Part shown: positions 41,590 to 53,806 of the stretch, piece by piece | Layout: each line of letters begins with the position of its first letter | How positions within the stretch are numbered: position 1 is the stretch's first letter | Origin: Octopus vulgaris | Taxonomy: Eukaryota | NCBI GenBank assembly: GCA_951406725.2 | Contig: OX597814.1 | Location: 73,780,001 to 73,844,000, forward strand | Direction: 5' to 3' | Length of the DNA stretch: 64,000 nucleotides | Made by a program: the position numbers and the translations under genes | Notes under the pieces: generated by a model | What the model was told of the DNA's origin: nothing | Database searches by the model: none | Seen by the model: the letters and a program-made list of their open reading frames with translations, nothing else

Positions 41590-44500
41590 ACCCTCGATCT
41601 AGAGGTACCCACTTAGAGCAGGTTCTTTCAGTCGGGCCATTCGCACTAGATTCACCCGACTTTTAACAAAATTGCAGGGAGGCAGCACTTCCCTCTCTAC
41701 CTTCACTTTCTTTTTCAAGTGAAACTTGAAAAAATTGACGAGGGCTTGGCCAAAGAGGAAAGCGTCTATCTTCAGTCTTTTCAGTCTGATCCACCACACA
41801 ATTTCTTTCGCTAAGACCATCAGACAAAGAAACACTGCCTGTCCTTCACGTCCAAAGGAAGGCAACGGAATAATTTTTCACGATGGAGTTAGCTGATAGC
41901 CGGATCCGTTCTGCACGCGACAGCAGGTGTTCGACATAAAACCACAAGTCAGCAACACTCGTCGCTCTGCGCATACCTTTGGCAAGCCTGTATGACTTCA
42001 CTTCGATGCCTCCAGAATTTATTACGATCCGGCAATGCTATCCATGGGCCCTGGCCCGAAAGTCCCCTGAACATACCAGCCAGTTCATTCTCATCGACGC
42101 CCAGAGTCTCCCCAAGTACGTCTTCGCACTTGCCTACCACTAACCCTCTACAGAACACCTAAGTATAACTTCCAAAGACCGCATTGTCCGGTTGATAGAA
42201 GATTGTGCGCTCCTGACGACATTCTAGGTGCCAGGCATCATGCATCGGTCTACATTTGACGCTTGAGCTGGACTGGAAAATCGTGTCTGACAAACAGCAA
42301 CCACACTTGCTCACCGTCTAGAAAGCACTGGAAATATCGCAGCCTCAGCGCATGTCTCTCATCAGTAGACACAGAATGCTCAGTGACTGTTGACATCTAA
42401 TGAAATACCTGACCAGTGAAAAGCCTCTTTTCCACAGATAACGAAAGAGTACGGGCTCCAGTTTGGTCAGACGTAAACTGGGGCAAGGCACGACGGTCAG
42501 GTGATAATATATGACGGAGGCAATGTATGCGTTCTCCACCTCTGCCCGACTTTTCAGAGATTGCTTTCTCTCGACCCATTTCTGGGTGAGATTAGCCACC
42601 CTGCTCCATGACCTTGTCTCAGTACTTCTGCACCTGGAGATTGGGATTAAACCAGACCTTTTTCAATTTAACCGGTACTTCCATCCAGCGTCCCACAACG
42701 TTATTGGATGACATGGACCTGCCTCCCTAGATGCCAAGCTGCAGGCCTACTAGATTTTCTTGGTTGATTTTTGCTCCTTTCACCGCCACGTATTCTTTTA
42801 GAGCAGTGCCCACCAGGTCTCTGTGTCTGCTGTTCGACACTACGTCCTCGTCTGCATATGTCAATATATGTCAGTTCTTCTACAAGTACCAGCCTCTTTG
42901 CTAACACCTTGGCTAAAATTTTGAAGTCAGCGTTCAGCAGTGTTATGGACCCAAAATTTTCTATTTGGTACCGCTTGTATGGGTCCTTTCTTAGCAGTGT
43001 TATTGCTCCTCGACTAACAAAATTAGGAATTCCTCCGTTCTGCTGCATGTTGCGGTAGATATCTGCCAAAAAAGGTTGCCGAACATATCTGGCATATAAA
43101 AAGTAAAGCTCTTATGGTAACCATCAAAACCAGGCGATTTGCTCCCCGTGAAACTCGTCATCGCATCCCGTATTTCAGCGGCTATTATTGGCATTTCACA
43201 AAATTTCGGCCCCATTTCTGAGAGTCGTGGCATGCCATCGAGGTATGTACTGAAGTCTATCCTGCGTCCCAGGCTGCCATTCGTCCCAAAGAGTTGGGTT
43301 AAGTGCTGCTGAAATGAGGCGCACATCTGCTCAGGCTCGAGTACCATGCGCCCATTTGGTTCATTAAAGACTGAATCGTGGCTTTGTTGCCACTTTGCGC
43401 CATCGAACAGCTTTCGTTCCCTCTTGTCTTAGAGCTCACGCCTTAGCTATGACGATACAATCTTCGTGTTTAACATTGAAAAATTGGTTCAGTGTCAATC
43501 GCACGGCCAACACGCCAGTTGCAATGCCTTTCCTAAGCACCTCTTCTAGGTTTCTAACGAAGTTCCCTTCTATTTTATTTCTTTCTATCACTAATGCTTT
43601 AGCACCCGCTAAACTAATTCTCTAATCCGGTCTCTGTAAGCTTGGCACGCCGGAAATAACGCGTTCAGCTTCCAGTAACAGGTTACCTGCTTTCGAAGCC
43701 TAAATAGATAGACCTTACAAATCAAACATTTGTGGTCTGTGTACCCGACCAGTTTGAAAAGCGTACAAGTTATACTATCCTTATCTACTGGCCTACAGAA
43801 TACCCTGTCTAGATACTACCTTGATAATCCGATGCACTTCTTCCACGTCTACATTGGCACATCCAGGAAATCTAGTCGGTGCCTGTTAGACAGTTGGAAA
43901 TATCTGAAAAGATTTGTGAGGTTTTTACCACACTTTCTATCTACTAGCCCCACACAGTCCAAACGTAGTTCTAAGACGGCGTTGCAGTCGCCCACTAACA
44001 CTAGAGGTCGGGATGTTCCTGGGAAAACCTCCAGAAATCTGAAGAAATCTGGCTGTCCTGTTCCTGTCGGAGCATAAACAGCCACCAGTCTGAGGGAGCC
44101 CACATCACTACTGTTCATATCCAAGACCACCAGCTTAACTTTTGAATCCAGGAAGATAGCCTTATCTTGAGATTCTGGCATCTCTAGAACAACACCGCGG
44201 TTTCACCTACCATTCCCAGTTGACATGGAGATAACTATATCTCGTATGCACCGAAAATGGGCATAAAAGCTTGTTGGCAGGAAAGGGTGGTTTCGCTGAT
44301 GGCCACTACATCGACACTTAATGACCTGGGGAAGTTGAGTAGATGTCCTTGTTTCCAAGGCAACCCAAGGCAACGTGCATTTATACTGCCTAACTCTGAG
44401 CAAGGCCATGTTAAATTAAGGTATAGAAGCGGAATAGGCTACTTACAGTGATTTAGATGGCGAGGAGGGAATGGATGTTCCGGTCTCATAGGTATATGAA

Positions 44501-46424
44501 GATGCTTCTACTAGCAGTTCTTTATATAGTCTTTTATTCGTGTCATTCATGTGTGTTGGCGTTGTTTCTTGGGGTGATAAAGTCGGTGTGTGTGATATCT
44601 CTATGCATTAGTGATGTGATGCATTAGTTCTTTATTCGTGTTTATTGCTGTGTAGTTGAAAATGTTTCATTGTTGCAATGCGATCTGAAAGCTGTATGTG
44701 TGAACTGGATTGTGCTTGTGATGATGGTATCTGTGATAGTGGCGGTGATAATGGTAGTGATGGGAATGGTGCTGATGATACTGGTGTAGCTGCTGTTTGG
44801 GGAGGTATTTGTGAATTTGTTTTGGATGGTGCCTCCCGCTCTGGTCATATCTGCTAATTTTTTGAATTGATATCAGTGTTACTTTGTTTTCTTTTCTTTT
44901 GTTTGATCTATTGACCTTTTGTCATTTCGGCTCTCCATCCTCCCCCTCACTACAGGACATGTCTGATTGCTTCGAACAGGGGAACTTGTTGCTGTTTTTC
45001 TGTTGATAAAGTTGTTGTTTTGGGGTATTCTGATACTGTTGTTTTGCTGCTGTCAATGTTCGTGAGTTCTCTATTGTGTTTGATGCCGTTGCTTCCACTG
45101 TTATTCTTGTTGTTACTGCTGTTACTCCTGTCAGTACTGCTGCTACTACTATTACTATTACTGTTTTATTTTTGCAGGTCACCTGATTCTGCTGGTGCTG
45201 TTGGTGTTGTTGTGGTGGTGGTGATGTCGACTATAACGGGGCGGGAGGGGTTCACTTTTGTCTTTTGTTGTGGGCAGAAAGCTTTGATGTGATTTGTGTC
45301 CTTGTACAGGTGACATCTTGGCTTTCAACCCTCAACAGCCGCATGAAGCTTTGTGCCATCTGGTAGCTTTATAAAGTCCGGGATTGTATCGATGCTTTGC
45401 TGTTCTGCCTGTATTAGTAGCTACATTCCCTGTTATAACCACTTCTGCGTCTGTATTCTTTATATTCGCAGAATAGTGGTTTTCTCTTTTATATCAAAGA
45501 GGATCGCAGCCACCAACCACCAGATGTTTATTTCAGGTGGTACGTGAAGTATTCTTACTTTTAACACTCTTCGACCTAGATAGATGAGGATAATGATGAG
45601 TTCGTCACTCGTGAGAGTGGCTGTTGAGTGATTTTGGCCTCCACCTCTGAGGCGAACCTCAATTCGATAGCCTTATATTTTCCCCACTGGCTACATATGT
45701 TTTGATCTTCTACACTTGGCTCCACTTGTTTTACATAGAACTGTCCACAACTTAGCTTCTTCCTGGACAGTTCTAGGATTATTTAGTATCACATTTCTCC
45801 AACATACACTCAGAATATTTGCGTTTCGTTTTCTTTGTTGTCCTTTTCGTTAATGGTGTTGATATTGGTGGTGGTGATGGTAGTGGTGGTGGTGGTGGTG
45901 GTGGTGGTGGTGGTGGTGGTGGTGGTGGTGGTGATGGTGGACCTGCTGCTGCTATCGGCGGCGGCGATAGAGGTGGCAGTGTTCTCGCTTGCGTTGTTGC
46001 TTTTTTGTTATTAATGATTTCTTTTGTTCCTGTGATGGTGAAGAAAGTGTTAAAAGCAAAAGAAAATTACTTTCATAGAACTCACGTGTGCTATTGTTCT
46101 TGTTGCTTTTTCTGTTGTTGCTGCTGCTGCTAAAACTGACACTGTCTTCCACGACTTGGCTGCTTCTCTTTTCCGGATGACCGGCTGTTCCTTTCAGCAG
46201 ACAAACAATTCTTGTTCGCTTTTTTTTTAACAAAATATAAGGGGCGCCTTAGCCTAAACAATCACCAAAATATCCCCTAAGGGAAACAGATAGAGATGAA
46301 CTAACCAGCTCCCCAAGGTCCTGATTAGTTTATTTCTGTACAATATATAACAATGTGCAACAATATAAAGAATAACAAACTTACGGGAGCGATGTGCAAC
46401 CCATCTCGATAGACGAACACAACT
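41590..46424 (-). mobile_element. Near full-length decayed Tx1-type LINE (5' UTR, ORF1, ORF2)
   Basis: ORF1 remnant with degenerate gag knuckle CHLYKDTNHIKAFC (~45270-45315); APE LVAVYAPTG, GDCN; KSPGFDG, ITLLNADFKILAKVLA; most of the RT core is deleted near 42870. Confidence 0.78.
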
Positions 46425-46457
46425 CTGATAAAAATAATAACAATAATAATAATGATG

Positions 46458-46655
46458 ATTTCAAATTTTGGCACAACGCCAGTAATTTCTCGAGAGGCGG
46501 GTAAGTCGATTAGATTGACCCCAGTGCTCGCTTGGTACTTAGTTTATCGACTCCTGATACGATGAAAGGCAAAGCCAACCTCAGAAAGTAAGAACGGACG
46601 AAATGACACTAAGCATTTTGCCCAGCATGCTAACGATTTTGCCCGCTCACCGTTT
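46458..46655 (-). mobile_element. SINE family C
   Basis: GATGAAAGGCAAAG and GCTAACGATT motifs, (TAA)n flanks. Confidence 0.72.
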
Positions 46656-46814
46656 TTAATAATAATAATAAGGACGTGACAGCGGCTGGACGTGCTCTTC
46701 GCTGCTCTGACCTGTCAGCAGCTGAAGACACAGAAACAACCCAACAACCCAACAGGACAATAGCAAGGTCTAAAATCAGCTAAAATATAGACCGAAAAAT
46801 AACTCTAAAAGACT

Positions 46815-47635
46815 GGAATGTCTACAGTTTCCTGTGAGTATTTTAAATTTCCCTCAAAATAAGTTAAGGAATTTACATATGTACAGGTTTCGAACACATA
46901 AACAATCAGCTTTAAAACCTTTAAAAGCTACACCTGAGAATACCTATCATTTTTTCCTTTCCCACTGCGCATTCGAAAATGTAAACACCTTCTTTATTCC
47001 AAGAAAACTACAGTTTTCTCTGTTCGGCAGACAAAAGATCATCTCCAGTAAATTTTTAAAACTTCATACCTACATTTCGTTTTTGGGTTTGGTTTGCAAG
47101 ATTCTTTATGTGAGTTCGTGTGTTGAAGCATATTCTGTTGTGTCTGGGGAGAGTCATTTTCTTTTTGTGCCTTATAATGTAACACACTCACCGGTGAGTG
47201 TGTTACATTACAAGGCACAAAAAGAAAATGACTCTCCCCAGACACAACTTCATATCTACAATTTTCTGTGAAAAAATTGTACCTTCCTTTTCTTTTGGTT
47301 CCTTTTTCCCTGAATATTCGAAAATGTAAACATCTTTTTTATTGTAAAAAAAAACACCACAGTTTTCTCTGAACGGACGTAGAAGCGAACACCTCAAAGA
47401 AATTTAGAAACTTTAATATCTCCATTTTTGTGTGAACACTTTGTCTTCCCTTCTTCCCTGAATAACAGCATATGTAAACATGCCTTTTATTGTAACAACA
47501 CAATTAAATGTTCGATAAAAAAATTAAAGAAGTAAGCACCACAACTACAAACACTGTAAACCACAGCAAAACTTTTAAAAAGAAAAGAAAAATTCCAAAA
47601 GAAAAAGAAAAAGCAATTCAGAAATTCAAAAATCC
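46815..47635 (+). repeat. AT-rich repeat unit with a diverged partner at ~51025-51487
   Basis: Shared TTTCCTGTGA.TATTTTAAAT, AAACAATCAGCTTTAAAA, two ATTCGAAAATGTAAACA subrepeats per unit, AATTCAGAAATTCAAAA. Confidence 0.8.
47137..47248. repeat. 112-bp loopless palindrome
   Basis: 56-bp arms centred on CC|GG (47192/47193); single mismatch 47174/47211. Confidence 0.97.
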
Positions 47636-47658
47636 ATCAAGGTGAACATGTTTCCATT

Positions 47659-48018
47659 TTGGTTGGAGAATTGTTCTCCGTGAATGAAAAGGTCAGTGTC
47701 CTTAAGGTCGCTCGGCTAGGAAGATTCCAAGCGAACCCAACCGCAGATACTAGACCACGCCCAATAAGGGTAATCTTTTCTTCTGATCGGGAGGCTTCAG
47801 TCTTTCTGAACAGAGCTCAGACGCATGCCTGGGAGGACCCCAATATGGGTTTTCGCGAGGAATACTCACTAAGAGAGAGAATTCGCCGGAGAAACCTGAT
47901 ATCCGAACTAAAGATGAGGAAACAAAGGGGAGAGAAGGGTTTACGAATCCAAGATGGACAGATAATCAAGTCCTACCTTTGGTCCCATGCTGTAGTGCTG
48001 ACAGGGAAAGTGATGTGA
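47659..48018 (+). CDS. LINE ORF1p C-terminal part (5'-truncated)
   Basis: RLGR..RPRPIRVIF and ERIRRRNL..ELK.R...GE..L.I..G.II, typical of the CR1-group ORF1 C-terminus; the track start is TTG, not ATG. Confidence 0.8.
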   Translation: MVGELFSVNEKVSVLKVARLGRFQANPTADTRPRPIRVIFSSDREASVFLNRAQTHAWEDPNMGFREEYSLRERIRRRNLISELKMRKQRGEKGLRIQDGQIIKSYLWSHAVVLTGKVM

Positions 48019-50903
48019 GGGCAAATCGAAGTGAAGTTGATACCCCCGTCAACGATGCTATCTCTGATACCCCTTGTTCTGCTTGCTCCCCAACTCCCGC
48101 CCCTCAGACTTCACAGCTCAGCATCGTCTACACCAACTCGTGCTCCTTATTCCCAAAGTTCAGTGAACTATTTACACTGGCCATACGTGACTCCCCTGAT
48201 GTGATAGCTATCACCGAGACTTGGCTGACTCCAGCAGTAAAGGACTCAGAAATCCACCTGCAGGGCTACGTCCTTTTCAGATGTGACAGAGGAAAAAGGC
48301 GAGGTGGAGGTGTTGCTGTGTATGTTAAGTCTGAGCACAAACCGTCCAGCGGTATTCTACCCACTAATGCTCAGCCTACAACAAAATTCGATGCCGTCTA
48401 TTGCAAGCTGAGCCTATCTGAGTTTTGCCTGCCCGTGTTGGCTGTCTACAGGCCGCCTCTTGCCGACCCCCAGGACGATGCTCATCTACTCGAAGCGATA
48501 AGATTCGTTTCAGCTTCGCATGACTGTTTGGTACTAGGAGACTTCAACGCTCCCACGATCGATTGGCCCGCATCAATTTGTACAACATCTTCCCGGTTCG
48601 GCCAGGCCCTTCTTGACGTGGCTGAAGATTGTTTTCTATCGCAACATGTTGAATATCCGACAAGGCATCGGTCTGGGCAGCAGCCATCTATGCTAGATCT
48701 GGTATTCTCCCGCTATCCAAGATCAGTGTCAGACGTATCTGTGTGCGCCCCTCTTGCCAAGAGTGATCATGCGGTCCTGAAGTTCGTCATGCACACAACT
48801 TTTTCTACGCCCACGACTACTTCGCTGCCACGTAGAGTCTTCTCTGCAATTAATCTTGAAATTCTAACCGAGGCTTCCGCGCTTCTGGACTGGCGATCCC
48901 TGATGACGTTGTCCTCAGTTGACGAACTATGGTCATCCCTCAAAGCATATGTAATCTGTTTGACTGACCAGGCAGTTCCCGTTGGGCTTCCCAAGAGGAA
49001 GAAACACAAGCCCTGGGTGACGAAGAGGGTTAAACGAGAACGTCGACTCAGAGATATTGCTTGGGCTGAATTCAAAAATCTGGATTCGACTGCAGCTTTT
49101 GAGGTGTACAAAACTCAACGAGACCGAGCCGTGAAAATTGAAAAGAAAGAACGCTTCAGTTACGAATACAAAATCGCGGCAAATGCCAGTAGCAATCCAA
49201 AAACCTTCTTTGCCCATGTCCAGCGGAATTCCCGCTTGAACAACCAGATTGCAACGTTGGTAGACTCAACAGGCGTATCGATTGAGGACCCTTATCAACA
49301 GAGTCAATTATTTACCGAGGCTTTTTCAACTATTTTCAAACAAGATGATGGTCGTGAACCCCCTCCATTTGATAGATCGGTACCTCCAATGCTTCGATTG
49401 GTCATCACGCGGGACGAAGTCAAACGTGTTATTCAAGGCCTCGATGTCAACAAAGGTCACGGCCCTGACGGCATACACCCACGGGTTATCAAAGCGTTGG
49501 CTCCGGTCATCTGCGAGCCCTTAACACGGCTATTCAATATGTCATTGGCGACGGGTGTTATACCTGCAGACTGGAGAACAGCGATAATCTGCCCAATTTT
49601 CAAGAAAGGGAGCCGCGAAGACCCGCTTAACTACCGACCGGTTTCCCTCACATCAATTATCAGCAAGATGTTCGAAACCATCCTTAAGAAAAGTATGATG
49701 CTCCACCTCCTAAACACAGCCTCTATCTCTGATTCCCAACACGGCTTCGTGCCGAAGAGATCATGCTTGACCAACCTACTAGTAATGGAAGAATTGGTGA
49801 CGCGCATCCTCGATGATAGTGATGCTGTTGACATCGTTTTACTGGACTTTGCCAAAGCTTTTGACTCGGTAAACCACCGGCTATTGCTTGTCAAGCTTCA
49901 AGCATATAGTTTCCATCCGGATATTGTACGATGGGTTGGTGCCTTCCTCTCAGATCGCTCCTTCCAAGTCCAAGTTAATGGTTCGCGGTCCGACGTCTCC
50001 AGTGCGAGCAGTGGCGTGCCTCAAGGTTCAGTGCTTGGGCCCTTGTTGTTCTTAGTCTTCATAAATGACTTGCCCGACGACCTCACGCAACACACCCTTC
50101 TATTTGCCGACGATATCAAACTGGTCGCTCCTCGCGGTAATATAGAGGATCTTCGTCGATGCCTCCACCAAATTTGGAAGTGGTCTAACAATTGGGACCT
50201 GTGTCTGAACGTGTCAAAGTGCTGTCATCTGCCTGTCGGCTCTACTCCTGCAACTCAACTTGATTTCGAGCCGGGTCGTCTGCTGCTGGGGAGGACCGAT
50301 CAGGTAAAGGACCTAGGTATCTTGGTGGATTCCTCCTTTTCGCCTTCGGCCCAGTGCGTCCATGCTGCCAACAAAGCACGCGGAATTCTGTTCTTGATTC
50401 GACGGTCATTCGGAATGCTCACAGCAGCCATATTCCTACCACTCTATGTCACGCTGGTGAGACCCATATTGGAGTATGGGATTCAAGCCTCTTCTCCTTA
50501 TCTCCTCAAAGACATACAGCATCTCGAAAGAGTCCAGAAGCTGGCTACCCGCATGGTTCATGGTCTCAAAAATTTGTCCTACGAAGAAAGGCTGAGGACG
50601 CCCGACCTTTATTCTCTTGAAAAACGCCGCCGCCGTGTTGATCTCATTCTCGCCCACAACATCAAAAGCGGAAAGTGTAACCTCTCGAAAGAGCTGTTCT
50701 TCACTCCTGCTCCAGAGCGTCGGCTGCGGGGTCATTCCAAAAAGCTCTACCTGCGACGATTTCATCTCAATCGAAGGAGAGGAGCTTTCTCCGTCCGGGT
50801 TGCGGATCCGTGGAACAAGCTGCCAGACGAGATGGTGAAGATGCCGACGACCGCTTTGTTCAAAGCCTCCCTTGACCTCAAGTTGCCTGAACTCTTTACA
50901 TGA
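47979..50903 (+). CDS. LINE ORF2p: APE endonuclease plus reverse transcriptase (974 codons)
   Basis: YTN, ITETW, GGGVAVY, VYRPP, GDFN, SDH; GPDGI, YRPVSLTS, QHGF, DFAKAFD, GVPQGSVLGP, FADD, KDLG; no stops; true start codon uncertain. Confidence 0.95.
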   Translation: MVPCCSADRESDVRANRSEVDTPVNDAISDTPCSACSPTPAPQTSQLSIVYTNSCSLFPKFSELFTLAIRDSPDVIAITETWLTPAVKDSEIHLQGYVLFRCDRGKRRGGGVAVYVKSEHKPSSGILPTNAQPTTKFDAVYCKLSLSEFCLPVLAVYRPPLADPQDDAHLLEAIRFVSASHDCLVLGDFNAPTIDWPASICTTSSRFGQALLDVAEDCFLSQHVEYPTRHRSGQQPSMLDLVFSRYPRSVSDVSVCAPLAKSDHAVLKFVMHTTFSTPTTTSLPRRVFSAINLEILTEASALLDWRSLMTLSSVDELWSSLKAYVICLTDQAVPVGLPKRKKHKPWVTKRVKRERRLRDIAWAEFKNLDSTAAFEVYKTQRDRAVKIEKKERFSYEYKIAANASSNPKTFFAHVQRNSRLNNQIATLVDSTGVSIEDPYQQSQLFTEAFSTIFKQDDGREPPPFDRSVPPMLRLVITRDEVKRVIQGLDVNKGHGPDGIHPRVIKALAPVICEPLTRLFNMSLATGVIPADWRTAIICPIFKKGSREDPLNYRPVSLTSIISKMFETILKKSMMLHLLNTASISDSQHGFVPKRSCLTNLLVMEELVTRILDDSDAVDIVLLDFAKAFDSVNHRLLLVKLQAYSFHPDIVRWVGAFLSDRSFQVQVNGSRSDVSSASSGVPQGSVLGPLLFLVFINDLPDDLTQHTLLFADDIKLVAPRGNIEDLRRCLHQIWKWSNNWDLCLNVSKCCHLPVGSTPATQLDFEPGRLLLGRTDQVKDLGILVDSSFSPSAQCVHAANKARGILFLIRRSFGMLTAAIFLPLYVTLVRPILEYGIQASSPYLLKDIQHLERVQKLATRMVHGLKNLSYEERLRTPDLYSLEKRRRRVDLILAHNIKSGKCNLSKELFFTPAPERRLRGHSKKLYLRRFHLNRRRGAFSVRVADPWNKLPDEMVKMPTTALFKASLDLKLPELFT

Positions 50904-50967
50904 ACACCACCCTGTACTTAACTCCATGTCCCCCTACATGGCCTTGCTATTTGCTTTTGAGCCAAAT

Positions 50968-51001
<34 letters not shown>

Positions 51002-51501
51002 CCTCTTTCTCCTACTATTCCCAAAGACTAGAATCGCTACAATTTCCTGTGAATATTTTAAATCTCCCTCAAAATAAAATGAGTTAGGAAACTTACATAC
51101 CTACAGCTTTCGAACACGCAAACAATCAGCTTTAAAAAACAAAAAAAAATTTTTGATATCTTTGCTTTCTCCCTTTATATTCGAAAATGTAAACATCCCC
51201 CTTTTTATTCTAAGAACACTACCATTTCTTTCTGTGCGGTCATACAAAAGACCATGTTTAGTAAATCTTAAAACTTTACTATCTACGAATTCTTTTCTTT
51301 TGTTTTTGACTCTCCTTGAATATTCGAAAATGTAAACATCCTTTTCATTGCAAAAGTCATACTGTATTCTCCAAATGGACAGACAAACGAACATCTCAAG
51401 AAAACTTTAAAACTTTAATATTTTACCCAAATACATAAACACACCTTTTATTGCAACAACGCATTTGAATTCAGAAATTCAAAATTCAACGACGTTAATA
51501 T

Positions 51502-51560
<59 letters not shown>

Positions 51561-52129
51561 TGCGTGTGTGTGTATCATTGTTTTTTCTACCAGTAATTAC
51601 AAACAGAACATGTTGAATTGCTTCTTTTCAAGGCAACGCTCTCAGCGACCACTGGTAGTAGTAAACACATTTGACCTCTGCTGACCAAAAGGGTGCGAAG
51701 ATTCTTTTGTCTCTGTGGCTGACCTCTCCACCATCTGTCGAATCTATTTATAGACCTGTAGGATATGATCTATTCACCCATTTCCTCCAACTATGGTAGT
51801 GGTGGTGATGGTGATAATGATAAAAATAAAAATAATGATTATATGCTGCAGCTACTAATACTACAACTACTACTATTCTGATAGCACGGGAATCTGAGGC
51901 ACAACTACAACCCTTACCACCACCCCACTCCTGCTACTGTTGCTGCAACCACTGCTGCTACTACACATAAAAACAATAATATCAGTGATATCAGTGATGA
52001 GAATAATAATAACAATAAAGAAAGGAAGTGGGTGCAGTCTCTTCATGGGCTGATTAGTGATACATCTAGTGATGGTGTTACAATAAAATCATTGGTAATT
52101 GCGCAACCTGATAATCGCTACCTCATATT

Positions 52130-53125
52130 AGTGATAATGAAAAAACAAAATATTGTGAATAACGGTGGTAATGAAACTGAAGCCATTGATGGTAATAGTG
52201 TTAAATCCGGTAGGCTCAGAGATTCTGGTCCGACTCCACCCTGTCAATATCCAGAAAGGGACCACCACACACGGCGTAGATGGAGCAAACAAATTAATGC
52301 TGTGGTCACGGAGTGTTACTACCTGAGCAGTCTGGTAGAGGAAAATAGTGCTCAATTAGGGGTTACCGACAGTGTATGTATGATCATTGGAGAGAAAAGG
52401 GATTGTTTTAACTCACGGAACTATGGGATCAAGCTAGAGCAATAAAGGAAAATTGTTGGTTCACAGAAATAGAACTCGAAGCTATCAAAAGACGGGTCAT
52501 GGAAAACAACAGCAGAGATAACAATGAAAATACAGTTCTTACTAGTAAGAGTAATCTCATTACACAGGAAAGGAGCAGTGGTAGTTTACATGATGAGAGA
52601 CATATAGATGATCTAAAAGAGGGCAATAAAACTAATAGTGACATGACAGATGAATAAAAGGCAATCTACGACGGAATAAAGGTAAGACTACAGGAGAATG
52701 ATAGCGACATTATTTGCAACCTTAAAAAGGTTGATCGATGGAAATTGAACCAAGAAATGAAAAATGACAATGAAATTCTGAATATCATCAGAAACAAATA
52801 ATTTGATCAGCAAGTATTGTTGTAGCAGAAAATATGGGTGTTGATGTCAAGAAAAAGAAACATAATGGGAGTGACAAAAGAAAAGATCCATGGTGGAAAA
52901 GAAGAACCCAGGTAGAGTTAGACATGCTCTCGAATGAAATCTCTGTGTTAGACCGAAAAGAAAAAGGGGTGCTTAAAAGCGAACAAAAATACAGGGCGCT
53001 GAAAAGGAAGTATAATATTGAAAGAAAGGGCCTGAAAGGGTTGCAAGCGTAAGTGCAGAGGCACCAAGGATCAACTCCTGATAGACAAAACTGTACTCAG
53101 AGACTGCAAGAGCAAGAGACAGACG
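52130..53125 (+). mobile_element. R4/Dong-type LINE N-terminal relic with internal deletion
   Basis: RRRWSKQIN..ECYYLS and PWWKRR, then an abrupt jump to [18 protein letters not shown]. Confidence 0.72.
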
Positions 53126-53589
53126 TCAAATTTCGATATCCTATGATGATATTGTTTGGTCTTGGTAGTTACAATGGTTTGGGGTCGCCTAATTCCATCT
53201 ATAGGTACAACGGTCACCAAATTTTGTCCTTCACTTCCGTGTGTCTTCTCTCTCTCTCTCTTCCTTCTTTGTTTCTCTCTCCTATTTTTCTCTTTGTCTT
53301 TCCCTCTCTCTCTTTCTTTCTTTCTTTCTTTTTCCTGATTTCCTGTTATCTTTTCTTCTTCCCTTTGTCTTCGCTCCTCTTCCCATGCATGTTTGTTTTT
53401 CGTCTAATTTACCATTTAGTGCGAAGACACCGAAGACATAACATTTACTTTAAGGTCTTTCACATTTTCAGTCGATCAATGGAGCGATTGAATGAACAGA
53501 ACCATGAACACACCTGTAATGCATATCAGAAACAGCTGTAAATCAAAAATGCACAAATAAAGAAATATGTACAGACCATTATTTTTGCC

Positions 53590-53806
53590 TTTTCTAATAC
53601 ATATACACAAACACACACGCACAAGCGCGCGCGTGTGTGTGTACGTCGGGCTTCCTTCAGTTTCCCTCTGCCAAATCGACTCACAAGGCTTTGGTCAGCC
53701 CGAGACTATAGTAGAAACATTTGCCAAAAGTGCCACACAATGGAACTGAACCCGGAACTATATTGTTGGGAAGCAAATCCCTTACTGCACAGCCACACCT
53801 GCGCCT
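53590..53806 (-). mobile_element. SINE family A, 5' half
   Basis: GCCACACCTGCGCC head and CACAAGGCTTTGGTCAGCCCGAG body. Confidence 0.82.

Larger units (their letters stand above)
47650..51000 (+). mobile_element. CR1-group LINE, 5'-truncated within ORF1, young
   Basis: Partial ORF1, open ORF2, ~65-nt 3' UTR and (TAAC)n tail at ~50968-51000; clearly more GC-rich than its flanks. Confidence 0.93.

Noticed and set aside
48004-48010. GGGAAAG slippery heptamer at the ORF1/ORF2 overlap
   Set aside because: In the ORF1 frame it reads GGG AAA G, the wrong phase for canonical X XXY YYZ -1 slippage.
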